A stretch of DNA of 64,000 nt from Escherichia coli (GTDB taxonomy: Bacteria; Pseudomonadota; Gammaproteobacteria; Enterobacterales; Enterobacteriaceae): assembly GCF_041886205.1 (NCBI RefSeq), contig NZ_CP169029.1, one strand, 5' to 3'. Below are positions 1 through 13,933 of the stretch, piece after piece. The notes beneath the pieces were generated by a model that was given only the letters and a program-made list of their open reading frames with translations, did not search any database and had not been told where the DNA came from. Made by a program: the position numbers and the translations under genes. The first letter of the stretch is position 1. Every line of letters starts with the position of its first letter.

Positions 1-2316
1 CAGCCCGATTTTACCTGGCTTGATGCTTACGAAGAGAAGCGTTTTGAGCAGTATTTCCTGCCTTATCATTCTTTGGGCATGGTGCAAAATGCCTCCCGCG
101 ATGCGGTGATAAAACTCCAGCGTAGTGAGCGGGGGATTGAGTGGGGGCTGTATGCCATCTCTCCGTTGAACGGATACCGCCTGGCGATCCGCGAAATCGG
201 CAAATGCAACGCGTTACTTGATGATGCCGTGGCACTGATGCCTGCGACCGCCATCCAGGGCGTGTTGCACGGTATCAATCCTGAAAGGCTGACCATTGAG
301 CTCTCCGATGCCGACGGCAATATTGTACTGAGTTATCAGGAACATCAGCCGCAAGAGTTGCCGTTGCCGGACGTCGCCAAAGCGCCACTGGCAGCACAAG
401 ACATTACCAGTACAGATGAAGCCTGGTTTATCGGTCAGCATCTGGAGCAATATCATCACGCCAGCCGTTCACCGTTCGATTACTACCTGCGCGGCGTGGC
501 GCTGGATCCGCTGGATTACCGCTGTAACCTGGCGCTAGCGATGCTGGAATATAACCGTGCCGATTTCCCGCAAGCGGTGGCGTATGCCACTCAGGCTCTG
601 AAACGCGCACATGCGCTGAACAAAAATCCGCAGTGCGGACAGGCGAGTTTGATTCGCGCCAGTGCTTACGAACGTCAGGGACAATATCAACAAGCCGAAG
701 AGGATTTCTGGCGGGCGGTCTGGAGCGGCAACAGCAAAGCCGGTGGCTATTATGGCCTGGCACGACTGGCTGCGCGTAATGGTAACTTCGACGCGGGTCT
801 GGATTTTTGCCAACAAAGTCTTCGCGCCTGCCCAACCAATCAGGAAGTGCTTTGCCTGCATAACCTGCTGCTGGTGTTAAGTGGTCGTCAGGACAACGCG
901 CGTTTGCAGCGCGAGAAACTGCTGCGCGATTATCCGCTGAACGCCACTCTGTGGTGGCTGAACTGGTTCGATGGTCGTAGCGAATCAGCCCTCGCGCAGT
1001 GGCGCGGTCTGTGTCAGGGACGCGACGTTAACGCTCTGATGACCGCCGGGCAACTGATTAACTGGGGAATGCCCACCCTGGCGGCAGAGATGCTGAACGC
1101 ACTGGACTGTCAGCGCACGTTATCGCTTTATCTACAAGCCAGCTTGCTGCCGAAAGCCGAACGCGGCGAACTGGTCGCAAAAGCCATTGATGTCTTCCCG
1201 CAGTTTGTCCGTTTCCCGAATACGCTGGAAGAAGTGGCGGCGCTGGAGAGTATTGAAGAGTGCTGGTTTGCTCGCCATTTACTGGCCTGCTTCTACTACA
1301 ACAAACGTAGCTACAACAAAGCCATTGCCTTATGGCAACGTTGCGTAGAGATGTCGCCGGAGTTTGCCGACGGCTGGCGCGGGTTAGCGATCCATGCGTG
1401 GAATAAGCAACACGATTATGAGCTGGCCGCGCGTTATCTTGATAATGCTTATCAGCTTGCGCCGCAGGATGCACGTCTGCTTTTCGAACGGGATTTGCTT
1501 GATAAGTTAAGTGGAGCCACACCGGAGAAACGACTGGCGCGTCTGGAAAATAATCTGGAAATTGCGCTGAAACGCGACGACATGACCGCAGAACTGCTCA
1601 ATTTGTGGCATCTCACGGGGCAGGCAGACAAAGCGGCGGACATTCTCGCCACGCGTAAATTCCACCCGTGGGAAGGCGGGGAAGGGAAGGTCACCAGTCA
1701 GTTTATCCTCAACCAGTTATTACGCGCCTGGCAGCATCTTGATGCCAGAGAGCCGCAGCAGGCCAGCGAACTGCTTCATGCCGCGCTGTATTATCCGGAG
1801 AATTTAAGCGAAGGCCGTTTACCGGGGCAAACTGATAACGACATCTGGTTCTGGCAGGCGATATGCGCCAACGCGCAGGGCGATGAAACTGAAGCGATGC
1901 GTTGTTTACGTCTGGCGGCGACCGGCGATCGCACCATTAACATCCACAGTTATTACAACGATCAGCCGGTTGATTATCTCTTCTGGCAAGGAATGGCGCT
2001 GCGACTGCTGGGTGAACAGCAAACCGCACAGCAACTGTTTAGTGAAATGAAACAGTGGGCGCAAGAGATGGCGAAAACCAGTATTGAGGCGGATTTCTTT
2101 GCTGTTTCACAACCTGACCTGTTGTCGCTGTATGGCGATTTACAACAGCAGCATAAAGAAAAATGCCTGATGGTGGCGATGCTGGCGTCCGCGGGACTCG
2201 GGGAGGTTGCGCAATATGAATCTGCTCGCGCTGAATTGACGGCGATTAATCCGGCCTGGCCGAAAGCGGCATTATTCACCACCGTGATGCCTTTTATTTT
2301 TAACTACGTTCACTAA
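1..2316 (+). CDS. yphG: TPR-repeat protein YphG, 5'-truncated by the window edge
   Basis: Frame 1 is open from nt 1 to the stop at 2316; the track ORF 73-2316 is its C-terminal 747 aa. Product shows TPR-like repeats, and the gene sits upstream of yphF as in K-12. Confidence 0.75.
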   Translation, partial: QPDFTWLDAYEEKRFEQYFLPYHSLGMVQNASRDAVIKLQRSERGIEWGLYAISPLNGYRLAIREIGKCNALLDDAVALMPATAIQGVLHGINPERLTIELSDADGNIVLSYQEHQPQELPLPDVAKAPLAAQDITSTDEAWFIGQHLEQYHHASRSPFDYYLRGVALDPLDYRCNLALAMLEYNRADFPQAVAYATQALKRAHALNKNPQCGQASLIRASAYERQGQYQQAEEDFWRAVWSGNSKAGGYYGLARLAARNGNFDAGLDFCQQSLRACPTNQEVLCLHNLLLVLSGRQDNARLQREKLLRDYPLNATLWWLNWFDGRSESALAQWRGLCQGRDVNALMTAGQLINWGMPTLAAEMLNALDCQRTLSLYLQASLLPKAERGELVAKAIDVFPQFVRFPNTLEEVAALESIEECWFARHLLACFYYNKRSYNKAIALWQRCVEMSPEFADGWRGLAIHAWNKQHDYELAARYLDNAYQLAPQDARLLFERDLLDKLSGATPEKRLARLENNLEIALKRDDMTAELLNLWHLTGQADKAADILATRKFHPWEGGEGKVTSQFILNQLLRAWQHLDAREPQQASELLHAALYYPENLSEGRLPGQTDNDIWFWQAICANAQGDETEAMRCLRLAATGDRTINIHSYYNDQPVDYLFWQGMALRLLGEQQTAQQLFSEMKQWAQEMAKTSIEADFFAVSQPDLLSLYGDLQQQHKEKCLMVAMLASAGLGEVAQYESARAELTAINPAWPKAALFTTVMPFIFNYVH

Positions 2317-2412
2317 ACCCTATTAACTGTAATATTTGAGCGGCACGCGCTGCCGCTCATCACAAAATAATTAGAATAAGCCGTTGTTAATAAAAACCCT
2401 ACAGGAGGCACT

Positions 2413-3396
2413 ATGCCTAAAAAAATGAGAACAACCCGTAATCTATTATTAATGGCTACGCTATTAGGTAGCGCACTATTTGCCAGGGCTGCGGATAAAG
2501 AAATGACCATTGGTGCAATATACCTTGATACCCAGGGATATTACGCTGGAGTGCGTCAGGGCGTTCAGGATGCGGCAAAAGATTCTTCAGTACAGGTACA
2601 GTTAATTGAAACTAACGCCCAGGGTGATATTTCGAAAGAAAGTACCTTTGTTGATACCCTCGTGGCGCGTAATGTCGATGCCATTATTTTATCGGCAGTG
2701 TCTGAAAATGGCAGTAGCCGTACCGTTCGTCGCGCCAGTGAAGCGGGTATTCCGGTGATTTGCTACAACACCTGTATTAATCAAAAGGGTGTCGATAAAT
2801 ATGTCTCGGCGTATCTGGTCGGCGATCCACTGGAATTTGGTAAAAAACTGGGTAACGCTGCCGCCGATTATTTTATTGCCAATAAAATTGACCAGCCGAA
2901 AATTGCCGTCATCAATTGCGAAGCCTTTGAAGTTTGTGTGCAGCGACGTAAAGGATTTGAAGAAGTATTAAAATCCCGCGTTCCCGGCGCGCAAATTGTC
3001 GCTAATCAGGAAGGGACTGTTTTAGATAAAGCGATTTCCGTTGGTGAAAAACTGATTATCTCCACGCCGGATCTCAACGCCATTATGGGGGAGTCGGGCG
3101 GTGCGACACTCGGCGCGGTAAAAGCGGTACGTAATCAAAATCAGGCCGGAAAAATTGCTGTTTTCGGTTCGGATATGACAACCGAAATTGCTCAGGAGCT
3201 GGAAAACAATCAGGTGCTGAAAGCGGTAGTGGATATTTCCGGTAAGAAAATGGGCAATGCTGTTTTCGCGCAAACATTGAAGGTTATCAATAAACAAGCC
3301 GACGGTGAAAAAGTGATTCAGGTGCCAATCGATCTCTATACCAAAACGGAAGATGGTAAACAGTGGCTGGCAACGCACGTTGATGGTCTGCCCTAA
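2413..3396 (+). CDS. yphF: Periplasmic sugar-binding protein of an ABC transporter (YphF)
   Basis: 327 aa with an N-terminal signal peptide (MPKKMRTTRNLLLMATLLGSALFARA); periplasmic binding protein fold features; K-12 synteny. Confidence 0.85.
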   Translation: MPKKMRTTRNLLLMATLLGSALFARAADKEMTIGAIYLDTQGYYAGVRQGVQDAAKDSSVQVQLIETNAQGDISKESTFVDTLVARNVDAIILSAVSENGSSRTVRRASEAGIPVICYNTCINQKGVDKYVSAYLVGDPLEFGKKLGNAAADYFIANKIDQPKIAVINCEAFEVCVQRRKGFEEVLKSRVPGAQIVANQEGTVLDKAISVGEKLIISTPDLNAIMGESGGATLGAVKAVRNQNQAGKIAVFGSDMTTEIAQELENNQVLKAVVDISGKKMGNAVFAQTLKVINKQADGEKVIQVPIDLYTKTEDGKQWLATHVDGLP

Positions 3397-3418
3397 TCGC
3401 TGATTCGCAGAGGTCCCT

Positions 3419-4930
3419 ATGTTCACGGCAACAGAGGCAGTCCCGGTAGCAAAAGTGGTGGCAGGAAATAAGCGTTATCCCGGCGTCGTTGCGTTGGATA
3501 ACGTTAACTTCACGCTCAATAAAGGCGAAGTTCGTGCGCTGTTAGGCAAAAACGGCGCGGGCAAATCGACCCTCATTCGAATGCTTACCGGTAGCGAACG
3601 TCCGGATAGCGGTGATATCTGGATTGGCGAGACGCGACTGGAAGGCGACGAAGCTACGCTGACTCGCCGTGCCGCTGAACTGGGGGTACGCGCGGTTTAT
3701 CAGGAGTTAAGTCTGGTGGAAGGGCTGACGGTGGCGGAAAACCTCTGCCTCGGTCAGTGGCCCCGCCGCAACGGCATGATTGATTACCTGCAAATGGCGC
3801 AGGATGCCCAACGTTGCTTACAGGCGTTGGGCGTTGACGTTAGTCCTGAACAACTTGTTTCAACACTAAGCCCGGCGCAAAAGCAGCTGGTGGAAATTGC
3901 GCGGGTGATGAAGGGCGAGCCGCGCGTGGTCATTCTTGATGAACCTACCAGTTCGCTTGCCAGTGCGGAAGTTGAACTGGTGATCAGCGCGGTGAAAAAG
4001 ATGTCGGCACTGGGCGTGGCGGTAATTTATGTCAGCCACCGGATGGAAGAAATTCGCCGCATTGCCTCCTGTGCCACCGTTATGCGCGATGGTCAGGTGG
4101 CGGGCGATGTGATGCTCGAAAACACCTCCACGCATCATATTGTGTCGCTGATGCTCGGGCGCGATCACGTTGATATTGCGCCGGTTGCCCCTCAGGAAAT
4201 TGTGGATCAGGCCGTACTGGAAGTCCGTGCGTTACGCCATAAGCCCAAGCTGGAGGATATCAGTTTTACGCTACGTCGTGGCGAAGTGCTCGGCATTGCT
4301 GGTCTGCTGGGGGCAGGGCGCAGTGAATTGCTGAAGGCGATTGTTGGGCTGGAGGAGTATGAACAGGGCGAAATTGTTATCAACGGCGAGAAAATCACGC
4401 GCCCCGATTACGGCGACATGCTGAAACGCGGCATTGGCTATACGCCAGAAAACCGCAAAGAAGCGGGGATCATTCCCTGGTTGGGCGTTGACGAAAATAC
4501 AGTGCTGACCAATCGGCAAAAAATCAGCGCCAACGGTGTGCTGCAATGGTCCACCATCCGCCGCCTGACCGAAGAAGTGATGCAGCGGATGACGGTCAAG
4601 GCCGCCAGTAGCGAAACGCCCATCGGCACGCTTTCTGGCGGCAATCAGCAAAAAGTAGTGATCGGTCGTTGGGTCTATGCCGCCAGCCAGATTTTGTTGC
4701 TCGACGAGCCAACGCGCGGCGTCGATATCGAAGCCAAACAGCAGATTTACCGTATTGTCCGTGAGCTGGCTGCCGAAGGAAAAAGTGTGGTGTTTATCTC
4801 CAGTGAAGTGGAGGAGTTGCCGCTGGTGTGTGACCGCATCCTGTTATTACAGCACGGCACGTTCTCGCAGGAGTTTCACTCGCCGGTCAATGTGGATGAG
4901 CTGATGTCCGCCATTCTGTCTGTGCACTGA
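3419..4930 (+). CDS. yphE: ABC transporter ATP-binding protein with duplicated NBD (YphE)
   Basis: 503 aa; Walker A GKNGAGKST, ABC signature LSGGNQQKV and a second nucleotide-binding domain, as in sugar-type ABC ATPases. Confidence 0.9.
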   Translation: MFTATEAVPVAKVVAGNKRYPGVVALDNVNFTLNKGEVRALLGKNGAGKSTLIRMLTGSERPDSGDIWIGETRLEGDEATLTRRAAELGVRAVYQELSLVEGLTVAENLCLGQWPRRNGMIDYLQMAQDAQRCLQALGVDVSPEQLVSTLSPAQKQLVEIARVMKGEPRVVILDEPTSSLASAEVELVISAVKKMSALGVAVIYVSHRMEEIRRIASCATVMRDGQVAGDVMLENTSTHHIVSLMLGRDHVDIAPVAPQEIVDQAVLEVRALRHKPKLEDISFTLRRGEVLGIAGLLGAGRSELLKAIVGLEEYEQGEIVINGEKITRPDYGDMLKRGIGYTPENRKEAGIIPWLGVDENTVLTNRQKISANGVLQWSTIRRLTEEVMQRMTVKAASSETPIGTLSGGNQQKVVIGRWVYAASQILLLDEPTRGVDIEAKQQIYRIVRELAAEGKSVVFISSEVEELPLVCDRILLLQHGTFSQEFHSPVNVDELMSAILSVH

Positions 4931-4954
4931 TGAATTTTACCGAGGAACCTGAAG

Positions 4955-5953
4955 ATGTCTGCTTCGTCATTACCATTGCCGCAGGGCAAGAGCGTCTCGC
5001 TCAAACAATTTGTCAGTCGCCATATTAATGAGATCGGTTTGCTGGTGGTGATTGCCATTCTTTATCTGGTCTTCTCCCTGAACGCGCCTGGCTTTATCTC
5101 ATTGAATAACCAGATGAACGTGCTGCGCGATGCCGCCACCATTGGGATTGCCGCCTGGGCGATGACGCTGATTATTATCTCCGGTGAGATTGATGTCAGC
5201 GTTGGGCCGATGGTGGCTTTTGTCTCGGTGTGCCTGGCATTTTTGCTGCAATTTGAAGTTCCGCTGGCGGTGGCGTGCCTGCTGGTGTTGCTGTTAGGCG
5301 CGCTGATGGGAACGCTGGCCGGGGTGCTGCGCGGCGTGTTTAATGTACCAAGTTTCGTTGCCACACTGGGGCTGTGGAGCGCCCTGCGCGGAATGGGGCT
5401 GTTTATGACGAACGCACTGCCAGTGCCGATTGATGAAAACGAGGTGCTGGACTGGCTGGGCGGACAATTTCTCGGTGTGCCGGTATCCGCGCTGATCATG
5501 ATTGTGTTGTTTGCGCTGTTTGTGTTCATCAGCCGCAAAACCGCCTTCGGGCGCTCGGTTTTTGCCGTTGGCGGTAATGCTACGGCGGCGCAGTTGTGCG
5601 GCATCAACGTTCGTCGGGTGCGCATTCTTATCTTTACCCTTTCGGGATTATTAGCGGCGGTGACCGGCATTTTGTTGGCGGCGCGCCTCGGTTCTGGTAA
5701 CGCAGGTGCCGCAAACGGTCTGGAGTTTGACGTCATCGCCGCGGTCGTGGTCGGCGGTACGGCACTTTCCGGCGGTCGCGGTTCCCTGTTCGGTACATTG
5801 CTTGGTGTGCTGGTGATTACGCTAATCGGTAACGGTCTGGTGCTGCTCGGTATTAACTCCTTTTTCCAGCAGGTGGTACGCGGCGTCATCATCGTGGTGG
5901 CGGTGCTGGCGAATATCTTGCTGACCCAGCGAAGCAGTAAAGCGAAACGCTAA
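4955..5953 (+). CDS. yphD: ABC transporter permease (YphD)
   Basis: 332 aa, highly hydrophobic multi-pass membrane protein immediately downstream of the ATPase. Confidence 0.85.
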   Translation: MSASSLPLPQGKSVSLKQFVSRHINEIGLLVVIAILYLVFSLNAPGFISLNNQMNVLRDAATIGIAAWAMTLIIISGEIDVSVGPMVAFVSVCLAFLLQFEVPLAVACLLVLLLGALMGTLAGVLRGVFNVPSFVATLGLWSALRGMGLFMTNALPVPIDENEVLDWLGGQFLGVPVSALIMIVLFALFVFISRKTAFGRSVFAVGGNATAAQLCGINVRRVRILIFTLSGLLAAVTGILLAARLGSGNAGAANGLEFDVIAAVVVGGTALSGGRGSLFGTLLGVLVITLIGNGLVLLGINSFFQQVVRGVIIVVAVLANILLTQRSSKAKR

Positions 5954-6018
5954 ACCTTAACGCCCCTGGCGCGGGTGCGGCAGGGATGAAAATTAATCGT
6001 ATTGTTAATGAGGGATTT

Positions 6019-7080
6019 ATGAAAACGATGCTGGCAGCTTATTTACCAGGAAATTCGACCGTCGATCTGCGGGAAGTTGCGGTGCCGACGCCGGGGATTA
6101 ACCAGGTACTGATCAAAATGAAATCCTCCGGGATTTGCGGAAGCGATGTCCACTATATCTATCATCAACACCGTGCCACAGCGGCGGCACCCGATAAACC
6201 GTTATACCAGGGCTTTATCAACGGTCATGAACCGTGCGGGCAGATTGTGGCGATGGGGCAAGGCTGCCGCCATTTTAAAGAGGGCGACCGCGTGCTGGTG
6301 TATCACATTTCTGGCTGTGGTTTTTGCCCGAACTGCCGCCGCGGCTTTCCTATCTCTTGTACTGGCAAAGGAAAAGCGGCTTACGGCTGGCAGCGTGACG
6401 GCGGTCATGCCGAATATCTGCTGGCGGAAGAAAAAGATCTGATCCTCCTGCCGGATGCGCTGAGCTACGAAGATGGTGCGTTTATCAGTTGCGGCGTTGG
6501 CACGGCCTATGAAGGGATTTTGCGCGGCGAAGTTTCCGGCAGCGATAACGTGCTGGTGGTCGGTCTGGGGCCGGTCGGCATGATGGCGATGATGCTGGCG
6601 AAAGGTCGCGGTGCAAAACGGATCATCGGCGTTGATATGCTGCCGGAACGTCTGGCGATGGCAAAACAGTTAGGGGTGATGGATCACGGCTATTTAGCAA
6701 CCACCGAAGGTCTGCCGCAGATTATCGCCGAACTCACCCACGGTGGCGCGGATGTTGCGCTCGATTGTTCTGGTAATGCCGCAGGTCGCTTGCTGGCACT
6801 GCAATCCACCGCTGACTGGGGACGGGTGGTTTACATTGGTGAAACCGGAAAAGTGGAATTCGAGGTCAGCGCCGATCTGATGCACCATCAACGGCGGATT
6901 ATCGGCTCCTGGGTGACCAGTCTGTTCCATATGGAAAAATGCGCCCATGATCTGACGGACTGGAAACTGTGGCCGCGTAACGCCATTACCCATCGCTTCA
7001 CGCTGGAACAGGCTGGAGATGCCTATGCGCTGATGGCGAGCGGCAAATGCGGGAAAGTTGTGATTAACTTCCCGGATTAA
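6019..7080 (+). CDS. yphC: Zn-dependent alcohol/polyol dehydrogenase family protein (YphC)
   Basis: MDR-family motifs (GICGSDVH, Cys-rich structural Zn site CGFCPNCRRG, GxGxxG Rossmann motif). Start moved to the internal ATG at 6019 (GAGGG RBS about 7 nt upstream), giving 353 aa; the track ORF starts 33 nt earlier. Confidence 0.8.
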   Translation: MKTMLAAYLPGNSTVDLREVAVPTPGINQVLIKMKSSGICGSDVHYIYHQHRATAAAPDKPLYQGFINGHEPCGQIVAMGQGCRHFKEGDRVLVYHISGCGFCPNCRRGFPISCTGKGKAAYGWQRDGGHAEYLLAEEKDLILLPDALSYEDGAFISCGVGTAYEGILRGEVSGSDNVLVVGLGPVGMMAMMLAKGRGAKRIIGVDMLPERLAMAKQLGVMDHGYLATTEGLPQIIAELTHGGADVALDCSGNAAGRLLALQSTADWGRVVYIGETGKVEFEVSADLMHHQRRIIGSWVTSLFHMEKCAHDLTDWKLWPRNAITHRFTLEQAGDAYALMASGKCGKVVINFPD

Positions 7081-7091
7081 GGAGTTAGCGG

Positions 7092-7964
7092 ATGACCATC
7101 TATACCTTATCCCACGGGTCGCTAAAGCTGGACGTTTCTGACCAGGGCGGCGTAATCGAAGGCTTCTGGCGCGATACGACGCCGCTCTTACGTCCTGGTA
7201 AAAAAAGCGGTGTGGCAACCGATGCCTCCTGTTTTCCGCTGGTGCCATTTGCAAACCGGGTGAGCGGCAACCGTTTTGTCTGGCAGGGGCGTGAGTATCA
7301 ACTGCAACCGAATGTTGAGTGGGATGCGCACTATCTACACGGCGATGGCTGGCTGGGCGAGTGGCAATGTGTCTCGCACAGCGATGATAGTTTGTGTCTG
7401 GTGTATGAACATCGCAGCGGTGTCTATCACTATCGGGTAAGTCAGGCGTTTCATTTAACGGCGGATACGCTGACGGTGACGCTCTCTGTCACCAATCAAG
7501 GGGCAGAGACGCTGCCATTTGGTACCGGCTGGCATCCTTATTTTCCGTTGTCACCACAAACGCGGATTCAGGCGCAGGCGAGCGGTTACTGGCTGGAACG
7601 GGAGCAGTGGCTGGCGGGTGAGTTTTGCGAGCAGCTACCGCAGGAACTGGATTTTAACCAGCTCGCGCCGTTGCCGCGCCAGTGGGTGAACAATGGTTTT
7701 GCCGGATGGAATGGTCAGGCCCGCATCGAGCAGCCGCAGGAAGGTTATGCCATCATCATGGAAACGACGCCACCTGCACCGTGTTATTTCATCTTTGTTT
7801 CCGACCCTGCGTTTGATAAAGGATATGCGTTTGATTTCTTCTGTCTGGAACCGATGAGCCATGCGCCGGATGATCATCATCGCCCGGAAGGGGGTGATCT
7901 CATTGCGCTAGCACCAGGGGAATCAACAACTTCAGAGATGTCGTTGCGGGTAGAGTGGCTGTAA
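7092..7964 (+). CDS. yphB: Aldose 1-epimerase (mutarotase)-like protein (YphB)
   Basis: 290 aa; GGAG RBS upstream; identified by K-12 order and length. Confidence 0.75.
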   Translation: MTIYTLSHGSLKLDVSDQGGVIEGFWRDTTPLLRPGKKSGVATDASCFPLVPFANRVSGNRFVWQGREYQLQPNVEWDAHYLHGDGWLGEWQCVSHSDDSLCLVYEHRSGVYHYRVSQAFHLTADTLTVTLSVTNQGAETLPFGTGWHPYFPLSPQTRIQAQASGYWLEREQWLAGEFCEQLPQELDFNQLAPLPRQWVNNGFAGWNGQARIEQPQEGYAIIMETTPPAPCYFIFVSDPAFDKGYAFDFFCLEPMSHAPDDHHRPEGGDLIALAPGESTTSEMSLRVEWL

Positions 7965-7973
7965 TTTATTAAA

Positions 7974-8004
7974 TGCCGGATAAGGCGTTCACGCCGCATC
8001 CGGC
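7974..8004. repeat. REP-type palindromic element
   Basis: gccggataaggcgttcacgccgcatccggc, the classic GCCGGATAAGGCG / CGCATCCGGC REP consensus, between convergent yphB and yphA. Confidence 0.6.
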
Positions 8005-8011
8005 ATCTTTC

Positions 8012-8434
8012 CTAACGCCGATCGAGAGAAATTGCCCCCGGCCCGGTAATTGCCAATAGCAAGAACGCGCCAGCGATACTGACATTCTTCCAGAAATTAA
8101 TCATATTTGGCCCAACCGCATCGCCGGTCATATCCCAGTAATGGTGACCAATCACCGCCGTACCCAGCGTGTAGAAAATAAACAGCACCGCCAGCGGACG
8201 GGTGAAAAAGCCAAGCACGATTAATATCGCGGCGGGCACTTCCATAACTACCGCAATAATCGCTGCCAGCATCGGCATTGGCGCGCCCAACGAGGCCATA
8301 TATTGGACCGTACCGTCAAAGCCCATCATTTTGGGAAAACCAAAAATAATGAAAATTAAGACCACGGCGATACGGGCAATTAATAACAAAACGGGGCGGG
8401 CAGCTCCAAAATCAAAATAACGTAGTGTGTTCAT
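8012..8434 (-). CDS. yphA: DoxX-family inner-membrane protein (YphA)
   Basis: Hydrophobic ~140-aa product. Start set at the internal Met (MNTLRYFDF) with an AAGGGA RBS; the track ORF extends 15 codons further upstream. Confidence 0.7.
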
Positions 8435-8530
8435 AACCAATCCCTTTGCAAGATAATGTGATTTAAACGTAATACACACTCTTGCACCTCGCCACGCCCC
8501 AGGCGTTGAGATATTCGCTAATTATCCTGG

Positions 8531-9742
<1,212 letters not shown>

Positions 9743-10555
9743 TTAAAGATCCAGCCCAGCCGCTACGTGGCGAATGCCGCGAATCGCTAAACCCGCATCA
9801 GCGTTGATCATCACACCGCTTAATGCGCGATTATTGCGCCGCGATGCCAACATCACATACGGCCCCGTAAAATCCGCCGGTTGCGGGAAAAATTGCAGCG
9901 GTAAAATGGCGGCAATTTTCTCCGGCGTCAGAGACTGCATTATCGAGGTTTCACTTTGCCCGAGCGCCTGTGGGCCGCGCAGGTCGCTGGCCATACCACA
10001 CGGGCCGACGCCATTCACCCGCACTTTCGGTGCCAGTTCATAAGCCAGTTGGCGAATAAGTCCGGTTGCGGCATGTTTACTGGCGGTGTACAGCGGGCCA
10101 CCGCCGCCAGGATACCAGGCGGCATTTGACAGTGTGAAAATCATGCTGCCTTCACTGGCGATTAACGCCGGAGCGCAGGCTTTTGCGCCCAGCAGGTAAC
10201 CGAGAACATTGACGTTAAACAGCTCGTGGAAGCCGGTTTCGAGCGTCTCTGCGGGAGTATTAACCAGTGAGGCATTGTGATCCCAGATGCCTGCATTGCC
10301 GATAAAACAATCCAGCTTGCCGGAACGAGTCAGGATCTGATCGACCGCGCGTTGATAATCGGCATAACAGGTCACGTTACCTTCCACCGCCAGAATATGT
10401 TCGCCAAATCGCTGACGCAGACTGGCGACTTTTGCCGCCGACAGTTCCAGCGTGGCAACCTGCGCGCCTTCTTCGATAAATCGCTCGACCAGCGCCAGCC
10501 CTAATCCCGATCCGCCGCCGGTAATAAAAATGGACTCGTTATGCAGATCGCTCAT
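9743..10555 (-). CDS. hcaB: cis-dihydrodiol dehydrogenase, SDR family (HcaB)
   Basis: 270 aa; SDR motif ITGGGSGLG near the N-terminus and YxxxK active site (YTASKHA). Confidence 0.9.
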
Positions 10556-10871
10556 GGCTGCGCCTCCGGTAAGTCGATGAAAATGTCACCACCTTCAACG
10601 TGTACTGGATAAGTGGTGAGCGGATCGGTGGCGGGCAGGCATAACGCTTTCCCCGTTTTCAGGCAAAAACTGGCGGCGTGTAGCGGGCACTCCACCGTGG
10701 CGTCATCTTCCAGATACCCTTCTGACATCGACGCATTACCATGGCTGCAACGATCGTTAATGGCATAAAACTCGCCGCCAACGTTGAACAGGGCGATGAC
10801 GGGCGAGGTATCGATCCGGAGAGCCTCACCCTCCGGCACATCCGCAACGGGACACGCATAAATTCGATTCA

Positions 10872-10872
<1 letters not shown>
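10552..10872 (-). CDS. hcaC: Rieske [2Fe-2S] ferredoxin subunit (HcaC)
   Basis: 106 aa with Rieske ligands CSH…CPLH; 4-nt overlap with hcaB. Confidence 0.9.
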
Positions 10873-12883
<2,011 letters not shown>

Positions 12884-13774
12884 ATGGAACTACGGCATTT
12901 ACGCTATTTCGTCGCAGTGGCGCAGGCACTGAACTTTACCCGTGCGGCGGAAAAACTGCATACCTCACAGCCTTCGTTAAGCAGCCAGATCCGCGATCTT
13001 GAAAACTGTGTCGGTGTTCCGTTACTGGTGAGGGATAAGCGCAAAGTCGCGTTGACGGCGGCGGGAGAATGTTTTCTCCAGGACGCGCTGGCAATCCTCG
13101 AACAAGCGGAAAATGCCAAATTACGGGCGCGGAAAATTGTTCAGGAAGACAGACAATTAACCATTGGCTTTGTGCCATCGGCGGAAGTGAATTTACTGCC
13201 AAAAGTATTACCGATGTTTCGTCTCAGACAGCCAGACACCTTGATTGAGCTGGTGAGTTTAATCACCACGCAACAGGAGGAAAAAATTCGCCGTGGTGAA
13301 CTCGACGTCGGCTTAATGCGCCATCCTGTTTATAGCCCGGAGATTGATTATCTGGAGCTTTTTGACGAACCATTAGTGGTGGTGTTACCGGTTGATCACC
13401 CTTTAGCACATGAAAAAGAGATCACCGCCGCGCAACTGGATGGCGTGAATTTCGTCAGTACCGATCCGGCGTATTCCGGTTCGCTTGCGCCGATCGTTAA
13501 AGCGTGGTTTGCACAAGAAAACAGCCAGCCAAATATCGTCCAGGTGGCAACGAATATTCTGGTGACCATGAATCTGGTGGGCATGGGGCTGGGCGTCACT
13601 TTGATACCCGGTTATATGAATAATTTTAATACCGGGCAGGTTGTTTTTCGTCCCATTGCCGGAAATGTGCCTTCCATTGCTTTACTGATGGCGTGGAAGA
13701 AAGGGGAGATGAAGCCGGCATTACGCGATTTCATCGCCATTGTGCAGGAACGTTTGGCAAGCGTAACGGCATAA
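12884..13774 (+). CDS. hcaR: LysR-family transcriptional activator HcaR
   Basis: N-terminal HTH MELRHLRYFVAVAQALNFTRAAEKLHTSQPSLSSQIRDLE. Start set at ATG 12884 (GGGGAAGG RBS), giving 296 aa; the track ORF starts at an upstream in-frame codon. Confidence 0.85.
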   Translation: MELRHLRYFVAVAQALNFTRAAEKLHTSQPSLSSQIRDLENCVGVPLLVRDKRKVALTAAGECFLQDALAILEQAENAKLRARKIVQEDRQLTIGFVPSAEVNLLPKVLPMFRLRQPDTLIELVSLITTQQEEKIRRGELDVGLMRHPVYSPEIDYLELFDEPLVVVLPVDHPLAHEKEITAAQLDGVNFVSTDPAYSGSLAPIVKAWFAQENSQPNIVQVATNILVTMNLVGMGLGVTLIPGYMNNFNTGQVVFRPIAGNVPSIALLMAWKKGEMKPALRDFIAIVQERLASVTA

Positions 13775-13933
13775 TTACGCATTATCTTTGCAACATGCGT
13801 CACGGATCGCAGTTTTTGAGTGCTTGTGAACTGGCGTTACAGACATCGGGAAGCAGGCTCGAATATTCTTATTTTTCAACTTGCACCAACATTCGATTAA
13901 CTCCAGACTAACGCCTCCTGACGGGAGGGACTC

